The translations under genes were made by a program, and so were the position numbers. From the NCBI RefSeq assembly GCF_009914755.1, contig NC_060940.1: a stretch of DNA of 64,000 nucleotides; one strand, written 5' to 3'. The notes beneath the pieces are model-generated. The model was not told the origin of the DNA, ran no database searches, and saw only the letters and a program-made list of their open reading frames with translations. This DNA is from the human T2T-CHM13v2.0 reference genome, Homo sapiens. Below are positions 61,161 to 64,000 of the stretch, one piece after another; positions within the stretch are counted from its first letter, which is position 1; every line of letters starts with the position of its first letter.

Positions 61161-63121
61161 ATCCCTGTAGGTCTGTGAGGCATCTTCTTATGGTTGCCAT
61201 AATTTCTTAACCTAGATTTTGAAGCTCCCAATGATTCATCCTAACCTTATTTTTTTGAAGGTTAATTTTTCCACTACTGTATTTCATGAAGGCTGTATTC
61301 TGGTTAGGACATGAACTTTCCTACCTGGTGCCTCAACAACAGTTTGATAGGAGAAAGGGAAGAACTAACTCACACCTATAGGACCCCTCATAAATTAGAA
61401 TTTAGTCTTACTATACTTTTTGCTTATTTGCTTTCTTTTTTGTATGTTTGCTTTATTGATACAGGAACTGAAATTGGAAAGAAATTTCATGCCATAGATT
61501 CATTTGCATGTTGGAAAAAGGCATAGAGTTATTCAGGATGAGACAAGTAACTAAAGTATTCCAGTAATCCTCATAATCTTGACTTTTTGTTTTATAATCT
61601 TATTGCCAAAGCAAGCTTGAAGATTTTTTTTTTTCTAGAGAACATGGATCTTTTCCTAGACTAGAACTGTGAAGATTTTTGACTTGCTGTTTGCAGAATA
61701 TTGGAAAACTGATGAGCCAAGATGAGACTACAAAATCCCTATGAGTCACAGAAAATGTTAACATAGGCCTGTATGGAAATAAATGCACATTTTTTGCCAG
61801 AGTTCAAAGGATTTAACATCTGGTTCAGTCTGCTGAAGTAAACTTGAATAAGATCTTCTCTTCCTCCATTCCCTTTTTTCCTCAACAATTTTGCTACATG
61901 AAATCAAGCCCTGAGTTTTGTTTTGATTTAGCTCTAATTGGAGCTATGCTTTCACTGAATCTAATTTCAGTTGGAACTAATTACAGGGGAAAAGGTCATA
62001 GCTGTACTGAGAGTAGTACTCTGTTCAAAATTTATTGGCACCATATAATAATAACTCTACTTCTGCAGAGATATAAATGAAGACAAAAATAAATTGCCAA
62101 AACATTCTGGATCTTCTTTTTGTTTAAATCAGTAGGGAAAAATCCATACATAGTTATTGACAAGAAAATCTTTCTTAGGTATGAATAAATATAAGCTTTT
62201 CAGTTGATTTGTGTCCATTTCCTGACAACAATCAGGGAATTGCCAAGAAAGAGACATATTTTGTGCCTTTTGAGCTTGAGATGATGATACAATTGTGTTT
62301 CAATTGGTGTACCATGCTTACCTATATAAAATGCTCTTTTATAATAATCTGGCAGCCTGTAGGGGGAAAAGAAAAAGTAAAACACTCTCCATTGGTTTTT
62401 TTTTTTTTTTTGAGGATAAAAATAAATTTACTTGCATGTACAAGAGAAACATTCGTCCAAACTGAAAGTAAGTCTTTGACTTCCAAATTGTTGCATGACA
62501 TCTTGGCTAATGCTATTACCTTTCAGTCCAAAGCAGCCTCATTTTCCTCTTGAGGTTCGTGTTTGATTTTTATTAATGAGCATCTATTGGTGCATTCTCT
62601 ATCTCTATCTGAGAACCATTAGCTATTACTCATCTCTGGTGTTTTATGTGTCAGTGTCAATTAGTAATATAATATCGATGTCAGAGATAGAGTACCATGG
62701 AATAAAAGACAATAGCGAAGTATACTATAATCTCTGCAGAAATTTGTTTTCATTTATTATTCAGTTCTAAGTAGTTCTATAGATGTTTTTCCCATGAAAA
62801 TTTCAAGTATGAATGTCTGACAACATGTGTCAATTTCTCTACTGTGAGGGGAACTGATGCAGTGTGAAGAAACACAGATTAGATTAAACTTGAGGTTTCC
62901 TAGCCTCCCTTCTCAGTGTGAGCCTCTGCTCACATTTCCTTTCTTGCTCTCTTTTGGTGGTCGTGGTGTGTCGAGAGCATTATTTACTTATCACAAAGGA
63001 GTTAGAGGTTGGTAACTGACTATCAAGTACCAAATGCTAATAAATTTTTTAAAAAATCAGTGACTTCCATGAACCTACCAGGGTTGGGGACTATTTGTCC
63101 TGGAATGCAATATATAATTTT

Positions 63122-63450
<329 letters not shown>

Positions 63451-64000
63451 TAATACTAGAGGCCACATGCGGGCCCTGGAATATCCATTAAAATAATTGC
63501 TTTGATCCTAATATAAGTGATAAAATATTTTATTTTAAATGAAGACTTCATTGCTTTGAAAATATATGTGTCATTTAGATGCTGGGTGTATTCAGACTTG
63601 AAGTACCTAGATAGTGAACACTAAAATGTATGCAGTGGTGAAGGGAACAAAAGACCCATCAGAGTCAAATATCGTTATGCATTTTTATAAAATTATTGAC
63701 AGAAAGGCCCCCTTTTATTTATTTATATGCTTATTTGTTTAAATCTTTTTATCTGGTATTCAACACTGAAGGCCTAAGGAAGGGAGTTACATAGGAGTGA
63801 TTAATGGACCCAGAGCTGCCAGGCAGGCTCACTATTTGAACATAAGCAATCAATCAGTTAGTGGAGCAGCACAGTTCTCTTTGGGGGACCTGCAGTTGCC
63901 TTGGTCCTATACAGAGCTTGTTTATTCCAAAGCAGTCAGTCCCATATAGAATGCCCCAATGAGCAATCATGCCCCACTATAATTCATTAATTTTGCAGCT

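Overview
Primate genomic DNA (catarrhine, probably human, given AluY and L1PA3-5 elements), AT-rich and dominated by repeats. It looks intronic or intergenic, and I found no recognisable protein-coding exon. Main contents: two full-length, dead, same-strand L1PA3/4-5-type LINE-1s (12420-18564 and 36582-42714), each with its own target-site duplication (TSD); an RPS27L processed pseudogene with an intact 84-aa ORF inside an MLT1 LTR; an old L1M element hosting six nested insertions; and many Alu, MLT2/ERVL, MST, ERV1 LTR, MER2, L2, MIR and microsatellite sequences. Best leads: (1) the two independently inserted L1s share many apparently non-consensus substitutions, suggesting interlocus gene conversion or a common rare source; (2) a 154-aa open antisense ORF0 whose promoter points antisense to the RPS27L retrocopy; (3) a 49-bp templated insertion copied from 1.5 kb away; (4) a candidate L1 3' transduction and a poly(A)-only TPRT scar; (5) a probable hAT transposase relic; (6) a recursive-splice-site motif. 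Subfamily names and consensus comparisons are from memory and need a Dfam/RepeatMasker check. I do not see a clearly new biological system.
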